53,131 nt of DNA from assembly GCA_001938485.1 (NCBI GenBank), contig MQRK01248900.1, positions 146,706 through 199,836 on the forward strand, read 5' to 3'. The position numbers and the translations under genes were made by a program. Each line of letters begins with the position of its first letter. Position 1 is the stretch's first letter. The stretch is from Girardia tigrina. Taxonomy: Eukaryota. Under the pieces are notes generated by a model. That model was given only the letters and a program-made list of their open reading frames with translations. It had not been told where the DNA came from and made no database searches. Positions 1-11,388 of the stretch are shown one piece after another.

Positions 1-1140
1 TATCTGTCAAGAAATACCTTATTTATTTTCATACGATAGTTCAAAGTTAAGTTATACGCGATTGAAATGTAAGGTGTGAAGTTTGACCCGTTTCATATCG
101 AACAACCTAATATTATATCCATCTTTTTACAGAATGAATCGTATCAGGTTTCTTCCACCATTAGTTACCAAGATAAAGATAAGATTGCTTTATTTCTTCG
201 AAAGTATCTCTCTCTTCATTATCTTAATTACTGGAAGAAGCAAACAAGTGCTGGTCGTTCCGCCTCTTCTCTCTCTCTTTCTGGTTTCTCAACTTCTGTA
301 ATTTTCAATAGTCGTCTGTCCTACTCTGAATAGGATTTTGTTCATCGTAGTCGGTCCTATACACTTCAAGTTGGATGCCGTTTCCAAAAAGTTGTTGTTT
401 GTCGTAGTTGTAGAGGCTACAACGAGACTTTAGCTCATGTTGTTTCTCATTGCGATACTCTTCAGGCCTATATAAATGCTAGCCATGACACGGTTGTTGA
501 CACTTTAAAGACTGAAATCCAAGAGTATTGCAATGTTGAATTGTATGTAAATGTCACCTACAGGTTTGTTTATTCAACCTTGATGGTTGATTTGCAAGTG
601 TTCTTTCTGGATCGTAAGCGAATAGTCCTGATTGATGTGAAGTGTCCTTTTGATGAGAAGGAGAACTTGGACAAGGCAAACAGGGACAACTTGGCTAAGT
701 ACAAACCTCTCCGCGATGCAATTAAAGATAAATACCGTGATCACACAGTTTTGCTTTACACATTTGTTGTAGGTGCTCTTGGCACATGGATCCCTGCCAT
801 TAGATACCGTTTTCTTATCAGGCAGAGAAAAGGCCATTTTATTGTCTCTTTCCGATCAAACATCCGATGGTCTGCAAGAATGCGGAAAGCTTTCTGTGAT
901 GGACGTGATGCCCACGACTTGTCGGAGTTTCGTGATCCTAAACACAATCCTAGAGATACTCTTCTATTCCAGGAAGGGGCTGTGTTAGACGAGGAAGATT
1001 CTGTAGACGAATTGTGAGTTCATGCTTGAACTTCACGGAACACTCCTATCTGTGCTTGAACAAACTGAAGTATTGAGCTCGCATGCAGTGGGCACCGACT
1101 GGCGAACCGTGCTGCTGCAGAAAAAAAAGCTGCCAACAAA
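1..1140 (+). mobile_element. 3' part of an RLE-type (restriction-like endonuclease) non-LTR retrotransposon, NeSL/R5/Utopia-like, decayed
   Basis: Reading through the TAG at 331-333 gives ...SE*DFVHRSRSYTL...CRSCRGYNETLAHVVSHC (CCHC knuckle), then SHD, LMVDL...LIDVKCPFD...NLAKY...FVVGALGTW (degenerate PD-D/ExK, KxxKY and GxLG motifs). Stop at 1015-1017, followed by a short structured 3' UTR. The element continues off the left edge. Confidence 0.85.
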
Positions 1141-1370
1141 AATTCAGATAAAGTCCCGTCTGGGCAATTGTAAAATTTTAATAATAATAAATATTTGTGA
1201 TTTTTAATGATATTAATTTTAAATACTAATTAATTAAAGTTTTATAATTATGAATAATTCAGATAAAGTCCCGTCTGGGCAATTGTAAAATTTTAATAAT
1301 AATAAATATTTGTGATTTTTAATGATATTAATTTTAAATACTAATTAATTAAAGTTTTATAATTATGAAT
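1141..1370. repeat. Perfect tandem duplication, 2 x 115 bp
   Basis: 1141-1255 and 1256-1370 both read AATTCAGATAAAGTCCCGTCTGGGCAATTG...TAATTATGAAT. Confidence 0.95.
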
Positions 1371-1693
1371 TTTGTTGTAATAATATTTTTAGTAAACGAT
1401 TTTAACTTATTAAATTTAATATATTTTAAAAATTAATGTTACTTTAAAAAAAATACGTAATGCCTTTTTATCCAATAAAATTAAAAGTTAATATTAAAAA
1501 ATTTCTCATTCATTGTTTTTTTTTAGATTTGAATAAAAAAAGACAAAAACTATATCAATCAAAGAAAGATGCTTACTGAGAATTGTTGTGAAGAATCTGT
1601 TTGTGTTGTCAATAAATTTTTACATTCAAATTGTGATGTTGTTAATATTGCGACCACGGCTCATGTGACAACGAACATTATGGGATGTGAAAA

Positions 1694-2290
1694 ATGGGAT
1701 CAGAATCGGATTTGAAAGATTTCATTGATAATTTCGAACGCTATTTCGACATTATGGGTATAGCAGAAGAGATAAATATACTGAAGGTGATTGTGTTAAT
1801 GACAACATCGGCAATAAAAAAATATTCAGAGATTGACGGTAAAAATTACAAAGAAAAATTGAAGGCTGCATTTACTAAAGAAAAATACATTTTGGATACA
1901 ATGAAGGAGTTGGTAAACTTACGGTGGGGATCCTCAAACCCAGAAGAAACATACAAAAAAGCAGAACTTGTGAATATACTAACAAAAGAAAAATTTTCTA
2001 AAAAAGAACTACTCAACCTTGCCTGTTTAAATATGGTTGACAGTTATAAAATCAAAAAAGAATTAAAACTGCGAAGAACAACTGAAACCAAAGATATAAA
2101 AAGCGTAGTTACTAATATGTACGAACTACGTAAAATGGAAAGTGAGGAAACAGTGGCAGCATATACGACGGTAAATAAACAAGATAATTGGAACAGCGTA
2201 ACTAGACGCAAAGCTGTACACAACGAAAGAACCCCGCATAGACATTACAAACACAACAATAGGAAGAAAAAATTGGTTATCGGGATTTGA
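1694..2290 (+). mobile_element. LTR retrotransposon gag N-terminal/capsid-like fragment, probably Gypsy, truncated
   Basis: 198-aa ORF with a gag-like start (DLKDFIDNFERYFDIMGI) and a basic tail. It is cut off by the adjacent mariner relic. No pol is visible. Confidence 0.5.
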
Positions 2291-3096
2291 TGAAGTCAAC
2301 AAATGATCATTTTATTTGGTCCTGATTGTTGAAGATCCTATCGTGGAGAAAGTTATCAAGATTCATGAAAATGTATTAGTTTATTGGCGAAAGGTCTGGG
2401 AGTATTTTGGATGATGGAGAACTTTAATCTCCAAATTGTTCAATTTTCGTAAAGTAATTCGTAAAATATAGGGTCTGACGTTTTCCTTCAAAATGATTAT
2501 TCTCCTCCTATTGAATAATGTACGCTGTTGTTGTAATTCTTCAAAAATATCATCAATTTCAAGACAGTAACCTTTTTTTCTGGTTGGTTTTGGCCTTTGG
2601 AAGTTGTTTTGTGGACCAATCTTTGACATGCAAGTGGCCAGGACGCTTCCTGTTGTCGTACAAAATCCATTTTTTATCACACGTAAAAAACTGGTAAAAA
2701 TGGGTCACTCTTGTTGTACAAAATCAGAAAGGAAGAAACTTCAAAACGTGAGGATTTTTGTCAATCGTTCAAATCATGAGGGACCCATTTGTCAAGCTTT
2801 TTCACCTTCCTAATTAAATTCAAAACATCTTCAACTAACATTCAATTTATCTGTCATACATCATACTGTCGACCGGAGTTCTCAGTTTGTCATCCTAGAT
2901 TACTGTAGGTCGACAGGTTTGTTGTGCATCTTCAGGACCAAAATCATTAGAACGAAATTTTTTGAACCAACGTTGCACAGTGACTTTATCGACACTATTG
3001 GCTCCTCAAACATCGTTAATATTTTCAGTCGTTTCAACAGTGCTTTAATCTAGCTTGAACTCAAAATGTAATGGTCGGAAATTGCTCCTCTGACAT
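2291..3096 (-). mobile_element. Degenerate mariner transposase relic
   Basis: Minus strand: MSEEQF...TVQRWFKKFRS (HTH) near 2950-3096 and ILKENVRPYI...KVLHHPKYSQ (decayed HDNARPH/HPPYSPD) near 2390-2520. Many stops and frameshifts. Confidence 0.8.
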
Positions 3097-3700
3097 TTTG
3101 AGAAATACCTTCAAAGAGTACTAAAAAGATTACATTTTTTAAAACACAATGTGTCACCTTATAGAGCATAAAAGTTATTTATTAAAATCGTTATTTTTAC
3201 AAATTTTATATTTTTAGTGCCAATAATTTTACAGAAATACAATTAATATTTTACAAAATTTAATTTAAAATACATTTCAAAATCTACTGAATTTAACTCA
3301 AATAGTTCTCAAAGTTATTCACATTTAAAAAATCAATTAATTTAAAAAATCAATTATTTAACGAATAATTTAAAACTTACATTTCTAACAAATAAAATTT
3401 CATTAAATTATTTTTGAGATGTAGTTTTTTTTAAATTAATTAGAGATATTTTTAAAAAATAATTCTTTTCAAAAACCTTTGATTTTAGATATTTTCGTAC
3501 TTTAAATATTCAAAAATTTTAAGAGTATGCCAGATCCTCACAAGGATATTTGCTAAAAAAATACTGTAAAAATTTAGCGATAAAATTTACTATTCGATGG
3601 ATTTTCCCTGCGACATTTTTCCTGTCATGTTTTTTGTGGATCCCTAAAATTACCATATTAAAAGTTGGCAAAAGAGTATAAATGATTTCTAGAAAATTGA

Positions 3701-3938
3701 ATCCCTGTTGGCGTTAAATCAAGGATTATTTTCCAACTATCATTAAATTTACTCAAGAAGGAGGATAGATGTTCATCTTTTAAAAGGGATAATTTCGAAA
3801 TTTATCATTTTCTCTGTTAAACATTTTCAAATAGAATCTTAATCGATTGCAAATGACCACTTATCATTTATAACCTTCTAAACCTAATGTTAATTTAGTC
3901 TGAAGATGGCGGATAATCCAGTGAAATTAATTACTGAA
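3701..3938 (+). mobile_element. Penelope-like element 3' relic
   Basis: 3701-3820 translates as IPVGVKSRIIFQLSLNLLKKEDRCSSFKRDNFEIYHFLC*, resembling the KD......xNxxYxFxC start of the PLE GIY-YIG endonuclease. A hammerhead-like motif follows, as expected for a PLE pseudo-LTR. Confidence 0.5.
3894..3938 (+). ncRNA. Minimal type I hammerhead ribozyme motif, PLE-type, stem II degraded
   Basis: Stem I TTTAGT (3894-99) pairs with ACTGAA (3933-38). Core CTGAAGA (3900-06) and GAAA (3923-26). Palindromic stem III ATTAAT. Cleavage triplet AUU. Stem II keeps only GGA-TAA-TCC. Confidence 0.55.
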
Positions 3939-3941
3939 ATA

Positions 3942-5206
3942 TTAGGTTGAACCAAAAGTCTTTTCGTATTTTTATTAAAAATTTAAGCATAATTTTACAA
4001 CAAATAAAAAACATTTAAGTTTCAAGTAAATGCCATTTGAATCTATAGCTTTAACCCATCTATGGGCAAATTGTGCGATCCCGCTGCGGTACCAATCCTT
4101 GTTCTGAGAAGCGAAGAACTGGTGACACCTGTTTTCGACCTCAGTCAGATTATTGAAGCTGCGACCACGAAGAAAGTGTACCATAGAGCAGAAAAGGTGA
4201 TGGTCGGATGGCGCAAGATCCGGACTATACGCTGGGTGTGAAAGAAGTTCAAAGGCGTCGAGATTTTTGATTTTTTCCGTTGTTTGTTTGGTGGTGTGCG
4301 GTTTTGCATTGTCCTGTTGTAGAAGAACTCGCTTTTGATTAATCAAAGCGGGGTATTTCTCGCCAAGTGCCGCATACATTCGATCAAGTAAAGATCAGCG
4401 TCGATGGTACCACCATTTGAACCAGCTCGAAGTGAATCACGCCTTCGAAATTCCACCAAACACACAAAAGTGCCTTCCTTGAGAAACAATCTCGTTTCGC
4501 TACCGATTTCGACATTTTTCCGGGGTCCAACCATTGATTTTGTTGGTCTGGATTACTGAAGTAAACCCACTTTTCATCGCAAGTTACAATTCGACGGATG
4601 AAACGGTCATCGCGCGGATTTTCAAACAATTTTTGACAAGTTTCGAAACGCTTTTTGGCTTGAATTTGTGTCAATTCATGAGGCGCTTCTCGACATCGTT
4701 TATTGACCTTGCCAAGAGGGTGAAGGTGTCGTACAATGGATGTTTGAGGAATATCGAGTTCGGCCGACAATCTGCGAGTACTTATTGACGGATTTGTCTC
4801 GACAGCTACACGAATTGCTCCGGAATCTACAGTGATAGGTCGGCCTGAACGTGCATTGTCTCCGAGGTCAATGTCGCCTTCGTTGAACCTTTTGAACCAA
4901 TTTTGTGCAGTACGAATTGAGACCACATTATCGCCTTCAACTTCACATATCTTGTTTGTTGCTGCAATTGCGTTTAAGCCCTGTTTCCAGTAATGGCGCA
5001 AAAGAATACGAATTTCAAAATTTTCCATGATTTTTCTAAAAGACCATAAAAATTATATTAACAACTAATTAATATATATTGTGATAGAGCAGTTCAAGAG
5101 CTTTAAAAACATATAACACGTGTATATAAAATATCTTTATTTGGTAATAAGAAACAATTGAACAAAAAGACGTAGAAAATTCGATAAGAATTTTGGTTCA
5201 CCCTAA
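3942..5206 (-). mobile_element. Full-length mariner (DD34D) with frameshifted transposase
   Basis: About 31-bp TIRs, TTAGGTTGAACCAAAAGTCTTTTCGTATTTT on the left with a 4-mismatch inverse on the right, and TA TSD. Transposase from 5028 to about 3975 has TCDEKW, QDNAKPH and YSPDLAPSD, split by frameshifts near 4380-4420. Confidence 0.95.
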
Positions 5207-6059
5207 TAAATGTTGAAAAATTGCTTTCAACATTTTTTAAATAAATATAAATATAATTAAATTAAATTAAATCGTTTATACTTCATTTTCTTGCTAAAAA
5301 TTATTTCTCCATTTATGAAAAATTGTATTTCCCACAAAAAACACATTTCAGTCTTATATTAAATTTCTTTATATTTGTTTTTTTAGATTAGCTGTAATTG
5401 AGCTCTGAAGGTTCAATAAACCAGAATATCATTATACACTTTGAAAAAGCATTTTGCCGCCTTTATTGGCTTTATAAAAAATAGTTTCGTTGCTGTTTAT
5501 GCAGATACTTTAAGGCTTTTACATTATAATTATAACAGCCTCTCAGAAATATTCTCAAATTATTTAGGTTATGATATTGTGATAAGCCTTTTCTTGGTAC
5601 GTTGGCTTAGCTGTTCTCAGAGGAGAGAAATAATTGCTCATCATTGCGGAAACTAAGCATTTCAGGCTCGAAATTTAGCTTAATCAAATGGAGTTATTCT
5701 AGAGAAATCTAGATTCATGAATATTTTAATTCGTCATGTATATTAATAAAAAAGGAAATATTTGATAATAAATAACTAAATTAAAATGATAAATGTCCTT
5801 CAATAATTAATAAAATTTATCTTAAAAAATAAAATTTTGATGATTCCACGACTATTTAACCGTAGCATTGAAGGATGCTAATATTGTTGTTTTTACACTA
5901 CGAACTACCTTTTATAACTGACATTTGGGTAGGTTTTCGCCATTAGTTTTATTGTCTTCTGTATCGATTTCTATCTATACACCGAGGTTAATTGTATTTC
6001 GATCTTAGGTAGTTATTGTCATCCGTACGTTGTTGTCTTATTCTCCCAATGAGTCTTGT

Positions 6060-6175
6060 ATAAGGTTCACTTTCTCTATGACCTCTATTTTGGCATCTCT
6101 TGTATTCAATGTTCGTACAGTTTCTTCTTATGTGTCCCTGTTGTCCACAGCCATAGCATCTTACTAATCCCCTTT
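6060..6175 (-). mobile_element. LTR retrotransposon gag nucleocapsid relic
   Basis: Minus strand reads VRCYGCGQQGHIRRNC (intact CCHC, 6117-6158), then a decayed second knuckle YKRCQNRGHRESEP. Confidence 0.75.
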
Positions 6176-6669
6176 TTTAATCGACTTTATAAAATTGCAC
6201 GATTTTTTTTTATTAGAACTGTAAAATAATATTCATTTTTCATTGATGATATTTTTTTATAATCTCTTTTTTTATTCTAAGTTATTGTTTTTGTTTATTT
6301 TCCTAAATTGTTACAAACATATCGTCCTCTGTTTTTTCTTGTTGTTAATTATTTTGTTCATTTTTTAAATCATATTCTTTTATTCTTTTAAATATATTAA
6401 ACATCAGAATTATGAGGGGTTAATTTAAATTTTTATCTCGCCTGAATAATTTATTATTTTTTTAATTTAAAGGGTAAAATATTTTTATGATAATATGCTT
6501 ATTCAATATTTTAAAATTAAAAATGATATAATAAAACAACTATTAAAAATTCAAAAACGTTTTTAAAAATAAAATATTTTTTAATGTGTTCTTAAATATT
6601 TTAAAAAAATTAAAAATGATATAATAAAAGAAAATCATAAAAAAATAAAATATCTATTTAAAAATAAAA

Positions 6670-6719
6670 NNNNNNNNNNNNNNNNNNNNNNNNNNNNNNN
6701 NNNNNNNNNNNNNNNNNNN
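6670..6719. other. Assembly gap (50 N)
   Basis: Run of N. Confidence 1.
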
Positions 6720-8060
6720 CGAGATAATTAAATTAAATTAACAGGAAAATTTGTTTTAAATATGTGAATTGTTATATAAATAAATTTTGGTGTTAAAAAA
6801 ATGAATCCTGATATTGAGGTTGCAACCACTTCTCACAAGAATATTTTCTTATTTTACTTCTAAAAATCACCTTAAAATTGTCTTTTAATCCTTCAAATAA
6901 TTTGATACTTTTTCTTTAACCGTTTTTTATATTTTTGAAATCATTGCGAATTGTTTTTGTCTTCACCATTCAATGACATTATAAGAAAAATTATTGAAAA
7001 TAGTATAAGATATATGTGTTATGATAAATTGATATCTGAAGTAAATGGCCTTACAATAGAACCTCAAAATAAAGATTTAGGTACCTTAAATCTTACAAAA
7101 GACAAGTTTTGTAACCGTCAAAGCCACAAGACTCAATGCGTAAAGATGAAAATGAAGAATTTATAGAAGTAATTTATAGTCTGTAATGTTTTGCTGCCTT
7201 TTTTGGCATTTTTTAGGTAATATTAAATTTAATGCTAAAAGAATATTGTGTTGGAAATCTTAAGCCCGTAGTAGAAGCATCAAAGAAAACAGGAATTATA
7301 TCTTTGCCTTTGAATAACAATCGTTTGGGACAGTGCATCATGAAGTCCAAAAATGAATGATTTGAGCAGATTATACAAGAAGAACTTACTTGGAATTGTT
7401 TATTGTGATGTGGTGATTCAGAAGGCTTGTATACAGGAATACTGCAAACGATGATAAATGTTATTGGAACTATAAATTAAACCATAAGGGGAGCAATGAC
7501 AAAATACTATTGTTTAATAAGATACAATAAACCTATGATCCCATATGATAACAATATTGTAATTAGGTCGACATAAATATTGGCGCTATTCTTGTTTCAG
7601 TATTCCCATTAGTACTTTGGTATTGATATTTCCATAGGCAGATTCATTAAACTATGATAAATATTGAAATCAAAAATATATGAATTTATTCTTTTAGTTG
7701 TTATGATGAAAAAGAACATGATATCGATACTTGATGTTGAAAAGGAACACTGTCTACAAATTTTTTCTATATTCTTCTAATGAAATAAAAAATGCAATAA
7801 ATTTTTTATATAATCTTTTCGGATATACAATTTAGTTTTTGGTAGCATCAATTTTAAAAATTCTAAGTTTCGAGTTTTGTTCTCTAAAATTTGATCTTTC
7901 CCTATTATTGATGTCGAATTGCATATTTCAAAGGTCTCGTGTTCAAGTAATTCAAGATACATCATTTATTAATTAAGAAATGAAGCAAGCCATATACTTC
8001 TCGCAATGTAATTGTAACATTAAAGAAATACCTTCAAAGGAAGTCGATTTTCTTATTTGT

Positions 8061-8750
8061 TCTTACTATAATATATTCTGTATGTGATATGTACCTAAAA
8101 TTTGTGTTTGTTTGTTTTTTTGTCACGCTATTAAATGTGAAATTGCGGAGGAACCAGATTGAATCCACCTAAGGACATGGTCACTCTGGATAGCCCGCAT
8201 CAAGATGGTTCTTTTGGTACAGCGCCTTTGCCGAAAGACATCGGGAAGCCGATGAAATCGACCGAAAACCGTGCTAGTCGAATGAATTTGAATAATGCCG
8301 ATTTGGATGATTCCTACTAAGAATTTCTTGAGAATTTCTTAAAAATAACATAATAATTCATTTGATAAATAACGATTTTTGTCACTTATTTACTAATTAT
8401 ATTTCTAAAAATAAATTTACTGTAAATTTGCAAAATTTCGTTATCATCTGAATCACGATTTGTCTGTCAAGCTCAAATTTTACTATGATCATACATTTGT
8501 TGATAAAATGCAAAATAGTCGAAGAAAAGTGAGTAAATCCGAGTAAAGTTGAGGTCAATCTGTATAATCCGCATCGAGATGGTTCTGTCTGAGCAGTGCC
8601 TTCGCCGAAAGAAGCCGGAAGCCGACTTAATTGACTGACTGTTAAATCAATACAGAATTCGAAACAATAAATAATAAATTACAATAATTACGATTTGAAA
8701 ATTAAAGCAGAAATTTTCAAAGACGAAAATTCAGCTCATCCATCATATAT
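8061..8750 (+). mobile_element. Non-autonomous Helitron, copy 1, 3'-truncated
   Basis: Colinear with 24455-25291: TC start, TGTTTGTTTG tract, two internal GC-rich subrepeats and a shared GAAAATTCAGCTCA end. The terminal CTAG is missing. Confidence 0.7.
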
Positions 8751-8865
8751 TCTTGTTCATCATATTTTCTTGTTGAAAGATACTGGAGGAAGGTAACGAA
8801 TAGGATCCATATTTGCTATCATACACAAAATGATAGAATTTTTTTAACATAATTATTTATAAATG

Positions 8866-8870
<5 letters not shown>

Positions 8871-8904
<34 letters not shown>
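8871..8904. repeat. (AT)n microsatellite
   Basis: About 17 AT units. Confidence 0.95.
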
Positions 8905-8906
<2 letters not shown>

Positions 8907-9354
8907 TTAATAGTAGTCTTAATATGATATACCATATCCAGTTTCCATGTTAATTACAAATGCCCAAATGTGAGTGGTATAGTTAAATAATTCGAGATTC
9001 CTTATTATTATTTAATATATTTCTTGATGCTAAATACGAAAATGTTTCACAGTCGCATTTTACATAGCAGTGTCATAGGCTACATAAATAAGGAAACAGG
9101 TAATTTTATGTTTTGCTTTCATAACCAAATAGAAAAACATCTCCTTTTCCACTAATATTTATTCTGTTCTTTAGTGATATTATTACCTGAAATGTAAATA
9201 CTAAAAGTCAAGTCTCACACATGAAATATCATTATTTTCGTTCAGATCAGATACTACAACAAATGTTAAATGTATGTCAAATAATAATTATTATTATAAG
9301 TAGGGGGAAAATGGGGCTTCTCCCTCACACAACCCCCCCGGGGACAAATAGCCC

Positions 9355-9472
9355 GTTGCCATGGTAACGGTTCCGGTTACCATAGCAACGTTCGCGGTTA
9401 CGATACAACGGTGGCGGTTACCATAGCAATGACTGAGGTTACCATGGCAACGGTTCTGGTTACCAAAGTAAC
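9355..9472. promoter_or_regulatory. Tandem array of six RFX X-box-like palindromes, 21-bp period
   Basis: GTTGCCATGGTAAC (9355), GTTACCATAGCAAC (9376), GTTACGATACAAC (9397), GTTACCATAGCAAT (9417), GTTACCATGGCAAC (9438), GTTACCAAAGTAAC (9459). Four fit GTNRCC-N2-RGYAAC exactly. The repeat is certain, the regulatory function is inferred. Confidence 0.65.
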
Positions 9473-10073
9473 AGGATTCTGAATTTTGAATAATAGATTC
9501 TTCAAATAAAGAATAGGGCGAGACTTTGAATTGCTAATTTTCTAAATATAGTCGATTTTTGCTACAAAATCATGTCAATATGTTTTACACTTTCCTGGCT
9601 AGCCTAGGTTAGTCCTGGTTATATTAGGATAAGCTATACCATATCACGAATATTAGTATACAATCTATTGAAGTCATAAATGATTATGGTCAACATATTA
9701 ATACTATGGAAATATATGAATATGAGCGATATATAGTCTGTTATGTAATAGAAAGATGTTGATTCTCTTAATCTAATTTAATTAAGATCAAATTTTCATT
9801 AAACATCCTTTCCTTATAAAGATGACTTACATAACAGAAAAGGACACCCGCATGTCGTCCAGCACATTCTACATAACATCCTCTTCAGAAGTAAGAATAT
9901 CATTGCTCCGACTTTTAAAAATAAAATCCATTTTTCTAGATCTTGAAATGGCATTACTTTTCCCACTTAAAGGAACCTAAAATTTAGAAGATGAATTAAG
10001 ACTTATTTATGCAGAGATATTGAATTGACATTAACCATCATGAAAAAAGATTATCATTTTACATAATATGATA

Positions 10074-10895
10074 CGTGGTGCAACAAATAAATACTTAGAC
10101 TCAACCAAAAATTAGCAACCGATTTTATTCAAATTCATATCAATAAACAAGCAATTAATCTAGATTTATTTCTCAATATAAGCTCCAGCGTTCTAAGTTC
10201 CCTTTTCATTGAAGGTTTTTGGGTACGAAGCCAGCATATCTGTAACATGCTGCTACAGATCACTGACACAATCAAAAAATTTTCCTTGCAAATCTTTCAT
10301 CAGTTTTCGGAAGAGCTGAAAACCATTAAGGGCGAGATTGGGACTCTATGGCACCAGTGATGATCTACATGAGACACTTGTTGATGTTGTCCGATTAGAT
10401 GAGTGAATTCGACGATTGCAATTCAATAGCCAGATTTTCCTCTTTTTTGCTGCTTTACTTTACTTCATTTATCAGTCGTACATAATCATCGGAGTTGATT
10501 TTGACATCTGATGCAGTTAAACTCACTTTGAAGTTAAACCCCATCTACAGCATTTGTTTCATCTGATGCCTAAATTCCATGGGGTTTTTAATGCTTTGCC
10601 AAATCAAAAACATTAGTGCAACCACTTTTAAAGCCACGAGTTTCAAAGGGTTGCTTTACAAAGGCACTCAATCTCGAGAAAGTTTTTCAGTTGTGCAATA
10701 ATTTCTTGGCTGCTAGTTTTCTTCACGAGCAGAAACTTTTTAAAGCTTCGAAACTCAATGTTATCTGACATGTTCTGAAGAAATAATGAAAAAGTGCAAT
10801 TTTTTAATTACAGAAGTACCTTAGAAAAACAAAACCACTTTTCCTTGAGAAGTAACTATTTTTTGCCGAGTTCAAATATTATCGGGTGAACCATG
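10074..10895 (-). mobile_element. Old internally deleted mariner
   Basis: Diverged TIRs (CGTGGTGCAACAAATAAATAC... and inverse CATGGTTCACCCGATAATAT...) with TA TSD. Minus strand has P*SPNLALNGFQLFRKLMKDLQGK, a decayed PYSPDLAPSDFxLF. Confidence 0.7.
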
Positions 10896-11388
10896 TATAT
10901 TTGTTTCCATTAAAGTAATATTTATATTTAATTATTTAATTACCAAATAGAAATTTATATTTTAACTAGAAACAGTGAATGAAACGTCGATCCAATGTAC
11001 TTTGGAAACAAGTACTCAACATTTTAAGAACTCTCACGAACACTTGAAACCAAATATTTTATACAAAACTAAATTAAATAATTAAAAAATAAAATAGTTA
11101 ATTTAGAAAAAGTATTAAAATGTTGTTGGGAAATAAATTATAAAAGAAAATTTAATTATAAATATTAATACTAATCTAATCGATTTCGACTTCAAATGAA
11201 AGTTTTTAGTTCAGATTACCTTTATCTTAGAGACAAGAAGCATATTTCGCTAGGAAAGATTAAATTAATTAAAATATTATGTTATAAATAAAAAATGAAT
11301 ATTTCATAAATCCCTATCGTTTGCTTTTCTCTACTATTTAGTCCATCATTAAATATGCGCGTTGCTTTTATTATTATTATTATTATTA

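Noticed and set aside
1150-1170. Intact tRNA, SL RNA or U2 snRNA gene at the retroelement junction
   Set aside because: No cloverleaf, A/B boxes, SL splice donor or U2 sequence is present. There is only a short tRNA-like 3' fragment, kept as a hypothesis in the findings.
6900-8040. Possible nested antisense GPCR-like gene (FIVPITFIIVCSIPVYK), or a Gypsy RNase H relic on the + strand
   Set aside because: Stops occur in every frame I read, there are no consistent splice sites, and the motifs are too weak to call either way.
9355-9472. CRISPR-like repeat-spacer array
   Set aside because: The 14-bp repeats and 7-bp spacers are far too short, no cas genes are present, and the context is eukaryotic. 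X-box repeats explain it better.
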